64,000 bases of DNA from Promethearchaeota archaeon. GTDB lineage: Archaea > Asgardarchaeota > Lokiarchaeia > Sigyniarchaeales > SOKP01. Location: the NCBI GenBank assembly GCA_016839555.1, contig JAEOUA010000005.1, positions 32,001 through 96,000 of the forward strand, read 5' to 3'. Below the pieces are notes generated by a model. It did no database searches. It was given only the letters and a program-made list of their open reading frames with translations, and was not told where the DNA came from. A program made the translations under genes and the position numbers. Positions 39,110 to 49,773 of the stretch are shown piece after piece (position 1 is the stretch's first letter; each line of letters opens with the position of its first letter).

Positions 39110-40000
39110 ATGCAAAATGACCACAAAAAGAAACCTCGCAAATATGAAATCATCTCTTGTTCAAGAAGGACTGATATCCCCGCATTTCTAATGGATTGGG
39201 TAATAGAAAAAATAAATCAAGGGTTTGTTGATGTTGCCAATCCTTTTAATAAAAAGCAAATTACGAGAGTTTCATTGAGACCAGGGCATGTAAAATGTTG
39301 GTGCTGGTGGAGTAAGGATTTTTCTGATTGGATAAACTATTATAAATCAAATAAATCCTTATTTCAGGAATATGAAGGACATTATTTTCAATTTACTATT
39401 AATTCTCCCTCCGAATTAGAAAATCAAATAAAATCATCTTTAGATGAAAGATTAGACCAATTAAACTGGTTGATTGAAGAATTTGGCACACTAGCTGTAA
39501 ATTATCGATTCGATCCCATTATTCTATATAAAAAAAAGGGCTCTAATCAGATAAAAAGTAATTTGAACAAATTTGAATATATAATTAACCATGTATCAAA
39601 ATTCGGATTAAAAGAACTAATTTTCTCCTTTGCTACAATTTATCCTAAAGTTAAAAAGCGTATGGAAGCAAGGGGCTATATTCCCATTGATCCTCCAATA
39701 AAGAAAAAAAAAGAAATTTTACTAAAATTATTAAAAATTTGTAAGCTGAATCATTTGGAAATGAAGGCTTGTTGTCAACCAGATTTGCTCAAACTCCAAC
39801 TTCCAGGAGTTTCACAAGCCCATTGTATAGATGCTTATAAGATCCAAAAAATTGTGGGCATATTTATATCTAAAGAAAAAGATACTGGTCAGAGGGATGC
39901 ATGTGGCTGTCATAAATCAAAGGATATAGGAGGGTACCATGGAATTTTTCAATGTAAACATAATTGTAGCTATTGCTATGCAAATCCGAGAAAAAGCTAA
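39110..40000 (+). CDS. DUF1848 family protein
   Basis: IIS.SRRTDIPAF, NPFN, W.K, RFDPI, HCID, KD.GQR..CGC..SKDIG.Y, C.H.C.YCYAN. Confidence 0.85.
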   Translation: MQNDHKKKPRKYEIISCSRRTDIPAFLMDWVIEKINQGFVDVANPFNKKQITRVSLRPGHVKCWCWWSKDFSDWINYYKSNKSLFQEYEGHYFQFTINSPSELENQIKSSLDERLDQLNWLIEEFGTLAVNYRFDPIILYKKKGSNQIKSNLNKFEYIINHVSKFGLKELIFSFATIYPKVKKRMEARGYIPIDPPIKKKKEILLKLLKICKLNHLEMKACCQPDLLKLQLPGVSQAHCIDAYKIQKIVGIFISKEKDTGQRDACGCHKSKDIGGYHGIFQCKHNCSYCYANPRKS

Positions 40001-40033
40001 GATCTATAAAAAAACCCTCTATAGATTGAATAG

Positions 40034-41161
40034 TTAAAATGGAAAATGATAATTATCTAAATGCAATTCTTTTTTGATTTGCTTAATATCTTTTTGAATA
40101 CTTTCATTAATGGGAATTCCCATATTTTTTCGTTTTACTTGGGTAATATATTCTTTTTCGCCAGCTGTATATATCCGTTTTTTACCTGGTAACTTTTTAG
40201 ATGATCTTAAAGTCCTCATTATTATACCTGAAATAGTTTTAAATCTCTCAAGTGGGATAAAGTTCTTTATATTTATTGCTAAGAAGAAATGTCCCACTAT
40301 AAGTTTTTTCTTCCCCTTCTCAATTATTCCTTCCGTATCTTTTAAAAACACTCCATCTTGTAATGCGGAAGAGAGAATCTCTACAAAAGTAGAATATCCA
40401 TAACCCTTATATCCAGAAGGATTCGCGCAATTACCCCCAATTGGTAATAATGCTGCTTTTTTTCGCTTTAAATCGTTTAGTATTTTTTCTGGGTTTGTTT
40501 CTGATTTTCCTTGTTCATTTAATACGACTCCCTTTGGAATACGCTTATTTTTTCTTTTATACAGTTCAATTTTTCCCTTCTGAATTATTGATGTGGCACA
40601 ATCAAGCAAAAACGGGAAACTTTCATCTGTGGGCACACCAGCTGTTAATGGATTTGTTCCCAACATTGGTTCAGCACCATTAGTAGGAGGAACTGCTGGA
40701 GTCGCATTCGTTGTGGTTATACCAATACAACCTTCTTGTATAGCCATTTGAGAATAATAACCAGCAATGCCAAAATGAGTAGAGTTTCTTACAGCAACGG
40801 CTCCCATTCCATATTTTTTTGCCTTTTGAATGGCTAATTTCATCGCCTTATATGCGATTACATGCCCCAATCCACAATTTCCATCAATAACTGCCGTAGT
40901 TGGTGAATCCTTAATAAGATCAATTTTGGTTCGTGGATTATATATCCCTTTTTTGATTCTTTCATAATACATTTTCAATCGTTGTATTCCATGAGTCTCT
41001 ATTCCTTTTAAATCTGCTGTAATTAACACATCAGCAATAATCTGCGCATCTTCTTCTGGTACATTAAGCTTTATAAAGACATCCTCTAAAAATCCTCTTA
41101 ATTGCTGCTCACTTATATAAACTTCCTTCTCTTCAGTTTCTATTATTTGCATAAAAATCAT
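40034..41161 (-). CDS. Ldh_2 family oxidoreductase (malate/L-lactate/L-sulfolactate dehydrogenase-like)
   Basis: ADL.GI.THG..R, RNSTHFGIAGYY, GTNP, LD.ATS, GYKGYG motifs. Confidence 0.9.
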   Translation of the reverse strand: MIFMQIIETEEKEVYISEQQLRGFLEDVFIKLNVPEEDAQIIADVLITADLKGIETHGIQRLKMYYERIKKGIYNPRTKIDLIKDSPTTAVIDGNCGLGHVIAYKAMKLAIQKAKKYGMGAVAVRNSTHFGIAGYYSQMAIQEGCIGITTTNATPAVPPTNGAEPMLGTNPLTAGVPTDESFPFLLDCATSIIQKGKIELYKRKNKRIPKGVVLNEQGKSETNPEKILNDLKRKKAALLPIGGNCANPSGYKGYGYSTFVEILSSALQDGVFLKDTEGIIEKGKKKLIVGHFFLAINIKNFIPLERFKTISGIIMRTLRSSKKLPGKKRIYTAGEKEYITQVKRKNMGIPINESIQKDIKQIKKELHLDNYHFPF

Positions 41162-41351
41162 TTATTTCATTATATTCGCCAACTATACTTTCTTTATAAT
41201 TTTATTAATTATTTAATAAAAATGATACTTTTAAGAAAATTTTCAGTAGTATTTTTTTGATTTTAATATTAAAATCAATTATTTTGTAAATTTCTAAAAA
41301 TCAAAATATTTCTTTTTTAGAAACAAAGAAGTAAACAATATCATATATAAA

Positions 41352-42923
41352 GTGAAAAATATTTTTATATTAATAATGGTTAAAGAAAAGGTTTTTTTAC
41401 CCGGAGCTAGTGGTTCGATGGGTTATGAAGCCTTCAAACAACTCTGGGAAAAAAGAGATAAGTATGATATTGTCTTACTTCAGCGCCCCTCCAAGAAAAA
41501 CAAAAAATTATTTAAGCCTTATGAAAAACAGTGTGGAATTAAATCAATTCCTGGAAGAGGTATTGTAGAAAAGAATGGATTTAAAATAGTTTGGGGAGAT
41601 GCTACTAATTATGAAGATATTGAAAATGCATGTGAGGGGATTGATTGGTGTTTATGTCCGATGGCATTCATATCCCCCGCAGCAGATCGCAATCCTAAAA
41701 TGGCAGAAGCAGTTAATACAACCGCAATTAAGTATATAATAAAAGCCATTGAAGCCCAACCAGGGGGAGCTAACCATATAAAATTTATTTATATAGGCAC
41801 TGTAGCAGAAACAGGAGATAGATTACCACCGATCCATCATGGAAGAATTGGTGACCCTTTGAAACCGAGTATATTTGATTTTTACGCTGTTACCAAGATT
41901 AAAGGGGAGAGGACAGTTTTGGAATCAAATTTAAGATATTGGGCATCCATACGTCAGACTTTTATTATGATTCCTGATGTATTATCACTCCAAGATCCTA
42001 TTATGTTTCATCAGCCTATTAATTCTTTTATGGAAAATAATACGTGGAGGGATGCTGGAAGAGGGTTAATAAATTGCTTAGACATTCCAGAAGATTCCAA
42101 TTTTTGGAGAAGGTGCTATAATATGGCTGGAGGCCCATCTTGTCGGATTACTTTCTATGATTATTTAAACAGAGTAATGGAAATAAATGGGCTGGGTAGT
42201 ATTACAGAAGTTGCAGAGAGAAAGTGGTTTGCTCTACGCAATTTTCATATGCAATATTATGAGGATAGCTATAAATTAAATGAATACATACATAATTGGG
42301 GGGATTCAATGGAAGATTTTTTCGAAATCATGAAGGAAAACCGACCATTCTCTTTAAAACTCATTTCATGGCTATGTAAAAAATCGAAACGCTTTCAAAA
42401 GATAGCAAAAAAGGCAACCTATAAACAACTGAAGGAATTAGCTATGGATAAAACGGGCACATTATATTGGTATAAAAAAAATTTAGATATGAGAATATCG
42501 GCATTTTATGGATCATATAAAAAATTTGAGTCAATTCCTGAGTGGGGGATTGATATGCCAACCATGCATCCAGAACCATCTTGGCATAAATTAAATCATG
42601 GATATGATGAAGATAAAGTAAGTCTAACTATTCAAGATTTAAAAAAGGCAGCAAAATTTAGAGGAGGAGAGTTAATAACAGAAGAATGGAATGGTAATAT
42701 GTATGAGAAAGTGAAATGGAAATGCGCATTTGGGCATGAATTTGAGTTTAAACCATATACAGTTCTTAAAGCAGGACATTGGTGTCCAGATTGCTTACCG
42801 CCACCATGGAATTACGATCAAGAAGCCAAAAAAAATCCTTTTTTCGCACAAGTATGGTATCCCAATCATAATAAGGATGAAGATAATTTCTATCCGGAAA
42901 ATTGCTATGAAGATATCCTCTAA
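41352..42923 (+). CDS. Extended SDR / NAD-dependent epimerase-dehydratase-like protein with C-terminal zinc ribbon
   Basis: GASGSMG, ISP.AD, YAVTK (YxxxK), C-terminal WKCAFGHEF...GHWCPDC; real start probably ATG at MVKEKV. Confidence 0.75.
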   Translation: MKNIFILIMVKEKVFLPGASGSMGYEAFKQLWEKRDKYDIVLLQRPSKKNKKLFKPYEKQCGIKSIPGRGIVEKNGFKIVWGDATNYEDIENACEGIDWCLCPMAFISPAADRNPKMAEAVNTTAIKYIIKAIEAQPGGANHIKFIYIGTVAETGDRLPPIHHGRIGDPLKPSIFDFYAVTKIKGERTVLESNLRYWASIRQTFIMIPDVLSLQDPIMFHQPINSFMENNTWRDAGRGLINCLDIPEDSNFWRRCYNMAGGPSCRITFYDYLNRVMEINGLGSITEVAERKWFALRNFHMQYYEDSYKLNEYIHNWGDSMEDFFEIMKENRPFSLKLISWLCKKSKRFQKIAKKATYKQLKELAMDKTGTLYWYKKNLDMRISAFYGSYKKFESIPEWGIDMPTMHPEPSWHKLNHGYDEDKVSLTIQDLKKAAKFRGGELITEEWNGNMYEKVKWKCAFGHEFEFKPYTVLKAGHWCPDCLPPPWNYDQEAKKNPFFAQVWYPNHNKDEDNFYPENCYEDIL

Positions 42924-43099
42924 AAATTTTTTCTTTGATTAAAGCTATTTCAAAATTTCTCATTTAGTCAAATTTTTTAATATTTAAAAGAGAAATAAGC
43001 AATTAAATAGAATATATAACTAAGTAAAAAGTAAAGTATTTTAGGATAAAAAATCGAATTATAACTTAATTATTTAAATTAAAAATTGAGATTTTAAAA

Positions 43100-44671
43100 G
43101 TGACTGAATTAGTAGAAGAACAAAAAATTAAGAATAAATATGATGCCATAGTCATTGGTTCTGGGAATGGAGGTTTAGCAGCCACCGCAAAATTAGCAAA
43201 AGAAGGAGTTAAAGTCTTACTTTTGGAGCAACATAATTTACCAGGTGGATTTGCCACTAGTTTTGTACGGGGGCGATTTGAATTTGAAGCTTCCTTACAT
43301 GAACTCGCGGATTATGGACCAAAATCCAATAGAGGAGGCATAAGAAAATTATTCGAGGATCAATTTAATTTGGATGCTGAATTTGTTTGTGTTCCAGAAG
43401 CCTACAAATTAATCTTGACCGACCCAGAAGAACATTTGGAAATAGCTCTACCGTTTGGTTTAGATGAGTATATTGAAACTATTGAAAAAGAAGTTCCAGG
43501 AAGTAGAGAATCAGTTAGAAATTTTTTTAATTTAGCAAAAGAAATACGAGCTGCATTTGGATACATTGCTTCTACTCAAGGTAAGCCCGATCAAGGTGTT
43601 TTAATGAAAGAATATACAAATTTCTTAAAAACAGCAGCATATTCTGTAAAAGAAGTCCAAGATGCGTTAGGGATTCCTGAAAAAGCAAGAAAAATCTTAA
43701 ATGCCTATTGGTGCTATTTAGGGCTCCCAGAAAACAGAATTAATTTTACATTATTTGCTTCAATGGTTCTTGTCTATATTGATAAGGGAGGCTGGATTCC
43801 TGTAAATCGCTCTCATGGCTTTACTACAGCACTAGACGCAAGAATTAGGGAATTTGGGGGTGATATTAATTATAATACAAAAGTAGAAAAAATTTTAGTA
43901 AAGGAGAGACAAGTAGTTGGAGTAGAAACCTCATATGGTGATAGAATTGAAACATCTCATATTGTCTGTAATGCTTCTCCTACATTAGCATATAATCAAT
44001 TGATATACCCTAAATCAGAGGTACCTGAATTTGCATTTAAAGAAGTAAACGCAAGAATCCATGGTTTAAGTGCCTTCTGTGTATATTTAGGGTTAGATGC
44101 AACAGTTGAGGAATTAGGATTAAAAGAATACAGTTATTTCATCATGGACGATATGGATACTGAAGCTGTATATGATTCTTGGAAAAAATTAGAAGCGCCA
44201 CGGGCGCAAGCTACGGTGGTTATAAATAATGCAATCCCTGACTGTTCGCCACCAGGCACCACTATGATGTATATCACCACTTTATTTAAACCAGACGCTT
44301 GGAAGGATGTTAAACCTGAAGACTATGTAAAAACAAAAAATCAAATTGCTGAAAAATTGATTGATCATTTTGAAGAAGCTACTGGAGCGCCAATTAAGGA
44401 ACATATTGAAGAAATAGAAGTTGTCACTCCCGAAACTTATGCCAGATATACGGGTACTTATAAAGGAATCATATACGGATATGAACCAGAATCTTGGGAT
44501 TCTTTAGTGCCGAGATTAATGAGTATGGGCAAGGATCAATATATAAAAGGATTGCGGTTTTGCGGAGGATTTGGCAGAAGGGTTCACGGTTACTCCAGCA
44601 GTTTAAATGATGGTTTTACGGTAGCATTATTGACTTTGCAAGATATTAAAAAGGGAGGTGCGGCGGAATAA
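43100..44671 (+). CDS. Phytoene desaturase / retinol saturase family flavoprotein
   Basis: YDAIVIGSGNGGL, LLEQHN.PGG.ATSF.RG.FEF.ASLH, S.F.VYLG, TP.T..RYT....G.IYG, GL.FCGG. Confidence 0.85.
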   Translation: MTELVEEQKIKNKYDAIVIGSGNGGLAATAKLAKEGVKVLLLEQHNLPGGFATSFVRGRFEFEASLHELADYGPKSNRGGIRKLFEDQFNLDAEFVCVPEAYKLILTDPEEHLEIALPFGLDEYIETIEKEVPGSRESVRNFFNLAKEIRAAFGYIASTQGKPDQGVLMKEYTNFLKTAAYSVKEVQDALGIPEKARKILNAYWCYLGLPENRINFTLFASMVLVYIDKGGWIPVNRSHGFTTALDARIREFGGDINYNTKVEKILVKERQVVGVETSYGDRIETSHIVCNASPTLAYNQLIYPKSEVPEFAFKEVNARIHGLSAFCVYLGLDATVEELGLKEYSYFIMDDMDTEAVYDSWKKLEAPRAQATVVINNAIPDCSPPGTTMMYITTLFKPDAWKDVKPEDYVKTKNQIAEKLIDHFEEATGAPIKEHIEEIEVVTPETYARYTGTYKGIIYGYEPESWDSLVPRLMSMGKDQYIKGLRFCGGFGRRVHGYSSSLNDGFTVALLTLQDIKKGGAAE

Positions 44672-45918
44672 TGAATGACAAAGATTATGAAAAGATTGAT
44701 ATCACTATTAAAAGCAATACAAAGGATATTTTTGCGTTTACTAAATTGGTACCAGACAGAATAAAGCGAATTGAAAAGGCATCTAATGAACCTTTAACAG
44801 AGGATCCGATTAATGATCTTGCACAAAAACTCCATCCAATAAGGCAACATTTAAAAATTGATCAAATTATTGATAATACCAAATCTACAAAAACATTTAG
44901 GTTAATTTCAGATTTTGAGAGAGGAACAGAACAATTAGCCTATTTCCGTGCTGGACAATATTTAAGTTTAAAAGTAGAAATCAATGATGAATGGATTACC
45001 AGACCATATTCCATCTCTTCAAGTCCAAAGGAGTCGTTAGAGGGATTTTATGATATTACAATGAAAAAAGAAGAAGATGACGGCTTTTTAACCCCCTATA
45101 TATGGGAAAATTGGAAAGTTGGCACTAAAGTGATAAGCTCTGGTCCAGAAGGCTTTATGTATTATGAACCTTTAAGAGATAAAAAGCACATTTTAGGGTT
45201 GGCAGGGGGCTCAGGTATCACACCATTTAGATCCATAGCAAAAGCTATTGCTGAAGGTGAAATTGATGCCAAACTAACGCTTATGTATGGATGTAGCGAT
45301 GAAGATGATATAATCTTTTTCGATGAATTAAAACAATTAGAAAAAGAAAATCTAGATAAAATTAAAGTAGTAATAGTTCTAAGTTGTGAAGAAGTAACTT
45401 TAAAGGGCTGTGAAACGGGTTTTCTCACAGCGGAATTGATTGATAAATATGCTGATGTCTCTAACAGTTCACTCTTCATCTGCGGCCCCCAAATTATGTA
45501 TGAGTTCGTTGAAAAAGAATTGGAGAGATTTAATTTACCTCCCAAACAAATAAGGCGAGAAGCATTTGGAGAAATTAAAAATATTTCGGCATTTAGCGGA
45601 TTTCCTAAAGATAAAATTGATAAAAATTTCAAAATTACCGTTCATATTGGTGGAATGATAAAAGAAGTACCGGCAAAATCGACCGAATCCGTATTAGTGG
45701 CTCTAGAAAGGGCCAAATTAGCCCCACCCTCTAAATGCCGATCTGGTGAATGTGGATTCTGTCGATCCTTATTACTTGATGGTGATGCATATATATCTCC
45801 TATTTCTGATTGGAGAAGGGATGCAGATAAAAAATTTAATTATATTCATACTTGTAGCTCATATCCAATTAGCGATCTTGAATTAATAATTCCTAGAAAA
45901 CAACACAGAGATTTTTAA
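44671..45918 (+). CDS. FNR-type FAD/NAD(P)H oxidoreductase with C-terminal 2Fe-2S domain
   Basis: FRAGQY, RPYSISSSP, AGGSGITPF, ICGP, C.SG.CG.C...C; TAATG stop/start overlap with upstream gene. Confidence 0.9.
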   Translation: MNDKDYEKIDITIKSNTKDIFAFTKLVPDRIKRIEKASNEPLTEDPINDLAQKLHPIRQHLKIDQIIDNTKSTKTFRLISDFERGTEQLAYFRAGQYLSLKVEINDEWITRPYSISSSPKESLEGFYDITMKKEEDDGFLTPYIWENWKVGTKVISSGPEGFMYYEPLRDKKHILGLAGGSGITPFRSIAKAIAEGEIDAKLTLMYGCSDEDDIIFFDELKQLEKENLDKIKVVIVLSCEEVTLKGCETGFLTAELIDKYADVSNSSLFICGPQIMYEFVEKELERFNLPPKQIRREAFGEIKNISAFSGFPKDKIDKNFKITVHIGGMIKEVPAKSTESVLVALERAKLAPPSKCRSGECGFCRSLLLDGDAYISPISDWRRDADKKFNYIHTCSSYPISDLELIIPRKQHRDF

Positions 45919-46002
45919 CAATCAGTTAGACTTTTTAATTCAATTAATTTTTAGTTTTTTTTCCTTTTAGTTATATAGTGAAAACTTTTAGTATGATTTT
46001 TT

Positions 46003-47445
46003 ATGAACGAGAAATTAAAATTTGGGATAATAGCCCTTGGAGTTATAATATTTCAATCTATTGTGAAAATTCTGGGAGTAATTATTACCCGCAGTCTTAG
46101 CTTTCTTTCGGAATCTGTGGATACTTTAGTAGATATTTTTTTTGTATCTTTAACTTTATATTCTATATATATAAGTCAAAAACCTGCAGATTTTGAGCAT
46201 ATGTATGGTCATCAAAAAATTGATTCTATTGGAGGGATGGTCCAAGGTATTATTTTAGTAAATATCTATATGATTTTAATTTATAATGCTATCCAAACAA
46301 TACTTATTCGAACTAGTATCGTAGAAAATCCCACATTGGGATTACAATTATTAATTGTATCCATAATTGTCAATCTGATAATTTCACAGATTCTAATCTG
46401 GCAAGGAAAAAAAAAGAAAAGCCTTTCTCTTAAAATGCAAGGATTGAATTTATTTCAAGATTCTCTCAGAGCAATCATTATAATTGTAAATTTTGTAATA
46501 ATTGTATTTTTTGATATTTCCTCCTTAGACCCCTATTTTAGCATAATAATATCAATAGTCATAATAATAAGTGCTTTCAAATTAATTAAAGAAGGAATTA
46601 ATAATGTAATTGATATAAATCCTGTGAGTGCTATAGTGCTAAAAGAACTTCAAGATCAAATTTTAACATTACATCACGTCAATGGTGTTGATAACATGAG
46701 GATACGATCCTCTGGGAATAAATTATTTTTAGAAATTAATCTTGCGGTGGAAGATCATATTTCTGTTGCTCATGCAGATGAAATTTCAAAAGCAATACGA
46801 CCAATGATTAATAATTATTTTCTTAACTATGATGTTGAAACTATAATAGAAATGAATCCTTTAAGTAGTGAAATGTCTTTAGGAGACAAAATTATTAATC
46901 TTATTTATTCATTGAAAGCTGAATATCCCGAGATTTTAGAAATTACAGATTTAAATGTATTTCAAATGGAAAGAAAATATTTTATCTCTTTAGTAATAAT
47001 TGTGAATAATGATCTTACTTTAACGAATGCCCATGAAAAAATCACTGAATTTGAACAAGATTTACAAAAACAAATACCCTTAATTTCAAGAATTATATCC
47101 CATATCGAAGCTAAAGATGTAAAATTAAAATCTTCTTCAGTAGATATGATATATGAAAAAATAAGTTCAGATCAATTAAAGAATTGGGAAAAAAAGGTTG
47201 AAAATATTCTTAAAACAAAATCTTATGTAAAAGGTTATCATGGATTTGAATTTTGGGATCTATCTGATATTTGCATAATTGAAATTCATGTATTTTTTGA
47301 TGGAGATATAAATATCTCAACAATTCATAATTACACCTCTGAATTGGAAGATTTAATTAAACAAACTATTAAAATTGACACCTTAAAACAAGTAATTATA
47401 CATGCTGAGCCGTTAAAAGGAAGAAGTGACGGAAAAATGTTTTGA
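46003..47445 (+). CDS. Cation diffusion facilitator (FieF-like) with three C-terminal dimerisation-type domains
   Basis: S.LSESVD..VD, KPAD.EH.YGH.K; three repeats ending IEMNP, HIEA, HAEP. Confidence 0.85.
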   Translation: MNEKLKFGIIALGVIIFQSIVKILGVIITRSLSFLSESVDTLVDIFFVSLTLYSIYISQKPADFEHMYGHQKIDSIGGMVQGIILVNIYMILIYNAIQTILIRTSIVENPTLGLQLLIVSIIVNLIISQILIWQGKKKKSLSLKMQGLNLFQDSLRAIIIIVNFVIIVFFDISSLDPYFSIIISIVIIISAFKLIKEGINNVIDINPVSAIVLKELQDQILTLHHVNGVDNMRIRSSGNKLFLEINLAVEDHISVAHADEISKAIRPMINNYFLNYDVETIIEMNPLSSEMSLGDKIINLIYSLKAEYPEILEITDLNVFQMERKYFISLVIIVNNDLTLTNAHEKITEFEQDLQKQIPLISRIISHIEAKDVKLKSSSVDMIYEKISSDQLKNWEKKVENILKTKSYVKGYHGFEFWDLSDICIIEIHVFFDGDINISTIHNYTSELEDLIKQTIKIDTLKQVIIHAEPLKGRSDGKMF

Positions 47446-47571
47446 ATTGTTTAGTAAATATGAATAATTAGTATTATTCAAATTTCTTAAGTTAAATATT
47501 TTTCAAAAATCTTAAATATATTTAATCTAAATGTGTTTTATAAGGAAATCTTGATGAAGGAATTATATTGC

Positions 47572-48051
47572 TCAAAACATTAAGATAACAAGAAATAATC
47601 CAAAAGAATTAAAAATAGTTCCAATAATAGCAAATGTGCTTCCCATTTTTCTCTCATTAGAAACACCTTCTATGCTTTCTGACTTGTTTTTATATATTAT
47701 TGATAGAATACCATGAGCTATACTAATAGAATAAATCGCTATAGGTAGATAAACCCTAAACGAGGTGAATATACTAAAAATAAATGCAATTATCGAGAGA
47801 ATTAAAGAGATCAATCCAAGTAGAAAGCATATATCTGAATATTTAATCGAACTAGTTAGATTTAGTGGTTCATGAGGTGTTGAATATTGTTGAGATTGTT
47901 CCTTCTGTGGTAATCTTGGATTTCTCGAATGGAGGTTTAATCGATTTTCTCGCAATTCATGACCTGAAAGTGATTCTTGAATATTTGCTCCACAATAGAT
48001 ACAGAATCTTAGGTTATTTTCTATTTCTTTACCACAATTAGGACAATACAT
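47572..48051 (-). CDS. Zinc-ribbon membrane protein
   Basis: MYCPNCG......FC.YCG followed by linker and three TM helices. Confidence 0.75.
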   Translation of the reverse strand: MYCPNCGKEIENNLRFCIYCGANIQESLSGHELRENRLNLHSRNPRLPQKEQSQQYSTPHEPLNLTSSIKYSDICFLLGLISLILSIIAFIFSIFTSFRVYLPIAIYSISIAHGILSIIYKNKSESIEGVSNERKMGSTFAIIGTIFNSFGLFLVILMF

Positions 48052-48204
48052 AATGATTTTTTCGTATGATAAATATAAGTATCTAGGGAATTTTCTAAAA
48101 AGTAATATTGATGTGGTTTATAAAAATATTCAAAATGTTCGTTTTTAATCTTTAAATAAGACAAAAAATAATTATAATACTAAATATAATTAAAACGGTC
48201 ATCT

Positions 48205-49665
48205 ATGATGGAAAATTTAGAACATAGTTCTGCCAATATGGCCAGTTACGGCTTCGCAAAATTTCTCTCAGAATTTATCGAAATGGCATTTACAAGCTGG
48301 GCATTCTACTTTTATGAAAGAACCATTGGGCTCGCTTCAATATGGGTGGGTATTGGCTATATTATTTTTGGATTATGGAATGCGGTTAATGATCCTGTTA
48401 TGGGAATCCTTACTAATCGTCCTTTTAAATTTACACGAAAATTAGGAAGAAGATTTCCATGGATTATGATTGGGGGTATACCATATGTTTTAAGCTATAT
48501 TCTCATATTTACACCGCCAGCTATAGATCCAACCTCAGGGGCGTTGCTTCTTTTTATTTATTTGGTGTTCTCCACGTGTTTATTTGATACATTTAATAGT
48601 ATCTTCTTTATAAACTACGCTAGCCTTTTTCCCGATAAATTTCGATCAGGAAAGGAACGAAGAAAAGCAACTGGTATAGGCACACCCATTGGAATTTTAG
48701 GTGTGGCCGTCGGAAGCCTTGTGCCACCTCTATTAATCGACAAAACATCCCAATTCTCATATATCTTTCAAGCTATCATTATGGCTGTAATAGGCTTGGT
48801 TGTTTTAATGATTGCAATACCCGGATGTCGAGAGGATCGCATCACAATTGATCATTATTTAGATAAGTATGAGGAAATACAAAAATCAGAAGACAAGAAG
48901 GAGAAAGATTCTTTCTTTAAATTAATGATAAGAGCTCTAAAGCAAACCAGTTTTGTTGTATTTATTATAGGTTATGCTCTCTATCGTTGTCTAGTCATTT
49001 CTATGCAGGCATCCATTCCTTATGTTGTCGATTTTGTATTAATGAGACCAGAAGATTTTGTGACTTTACTCTCAGCTGGATTTTTAATTGGAGCTTTAAT
49101 ATCCTCTCCTTTATGGGCATTATTAGCACAAAAAACGAACAATAACAAAAAAGTGATGCTCATCAGCAGCGGATTAATGGTTGCGTTCACTCTTCCCTTG
49201 ACATTCATCACAAATTGGATAATTATGTTTATAGTGACATTCTTATGGGGAATAGGACTAGGAGGCTATTGGACGTTAATTAGTCCCGTATTAGCAGATA
49301 TTATTGATGAATCTGTTGTTAAAACAGAACGTCGGGAAGAAGGTGTATATAATGGCTTCTTACAGTTCTTTGGACGTTTGGGGATTATATTCCAGGCAGT
49401 AAGCTTTGCTGTAGTGCATATTCTCACAGGATTCCAAGTGGGTGTTGGTGGTGTAGCAATATATGAACTGTTTGGTATGGAATTCGATTTAACTTTTCTC
49501 ACAGGAACTCAGACTCCATTAGCTATATTCGGTATACAAATGCATTTCGCACTAATCCCATCTATTGCCATGCTGATTGGAACATTAATCTTCTGGAAAT
49601 TTTACAAACTTACTCCCGATAAAGTTGAAGCTCACCAAGCAAAAGTGAAAGAATTAAAATTATAA
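48205..49665 (+). CDS. MFS transporter, GPH/MelB family
   Basis: HS..MASYG, WNAVNDP.MG, GRRFPW, ADIIDE....T.RREEG.Y.G. Confidence 0.88.
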   Translation: MMENLEHSSANMASYGFAKFLSEFIEMAFTSWAFYFYERTIGLASIWVGIGYIIFGLWNAVNDPVMGILTNRPFKFTRKLGRRFPWIMIGGIPYVLSYILIFTPPAIDPTSGALLLFIYLVFSTCLFDTFNSIFFINYASLFPDKFRSGKERRKATGIGTPIGILGVAVGSLVPPLLIDKTSQFSYIFQAIIMAVIGLVVLMIAIPGCREDRITIDHYLDKYEEIQKSEDKKEKDSFFKLMIRALKQTSFVVFIIGYALYRCLVISMQASIPYVVDFVLMRPEDFVTLLSAGFLIGALISSPLWALLAQKTNNNKKVMLISSGLMVAFTLPLTFITNWIIMFIVTFLWGIGLGGYWTLISPVLADIIDESVVKTERREEGVYNGFLQFFGRLGIIFQAVSFAVVHILTGFQVGVGGVAIYELFGMEFDLTFLTGTQTPLAIFGIQMHFALIPSIAMLIGTLIFWKFYKLTPDKVEAHQAKVKELKL

Positions 49666-49773
49666 ATCCTTCAAATTATCTCATTTTTTTATTATTTTTA
49701 TTAACATAACCTTTTTTAATTCTATAATGTTTTAATAAAAAGAAATTTCTATCTGAAATATCTCCTATGAATA

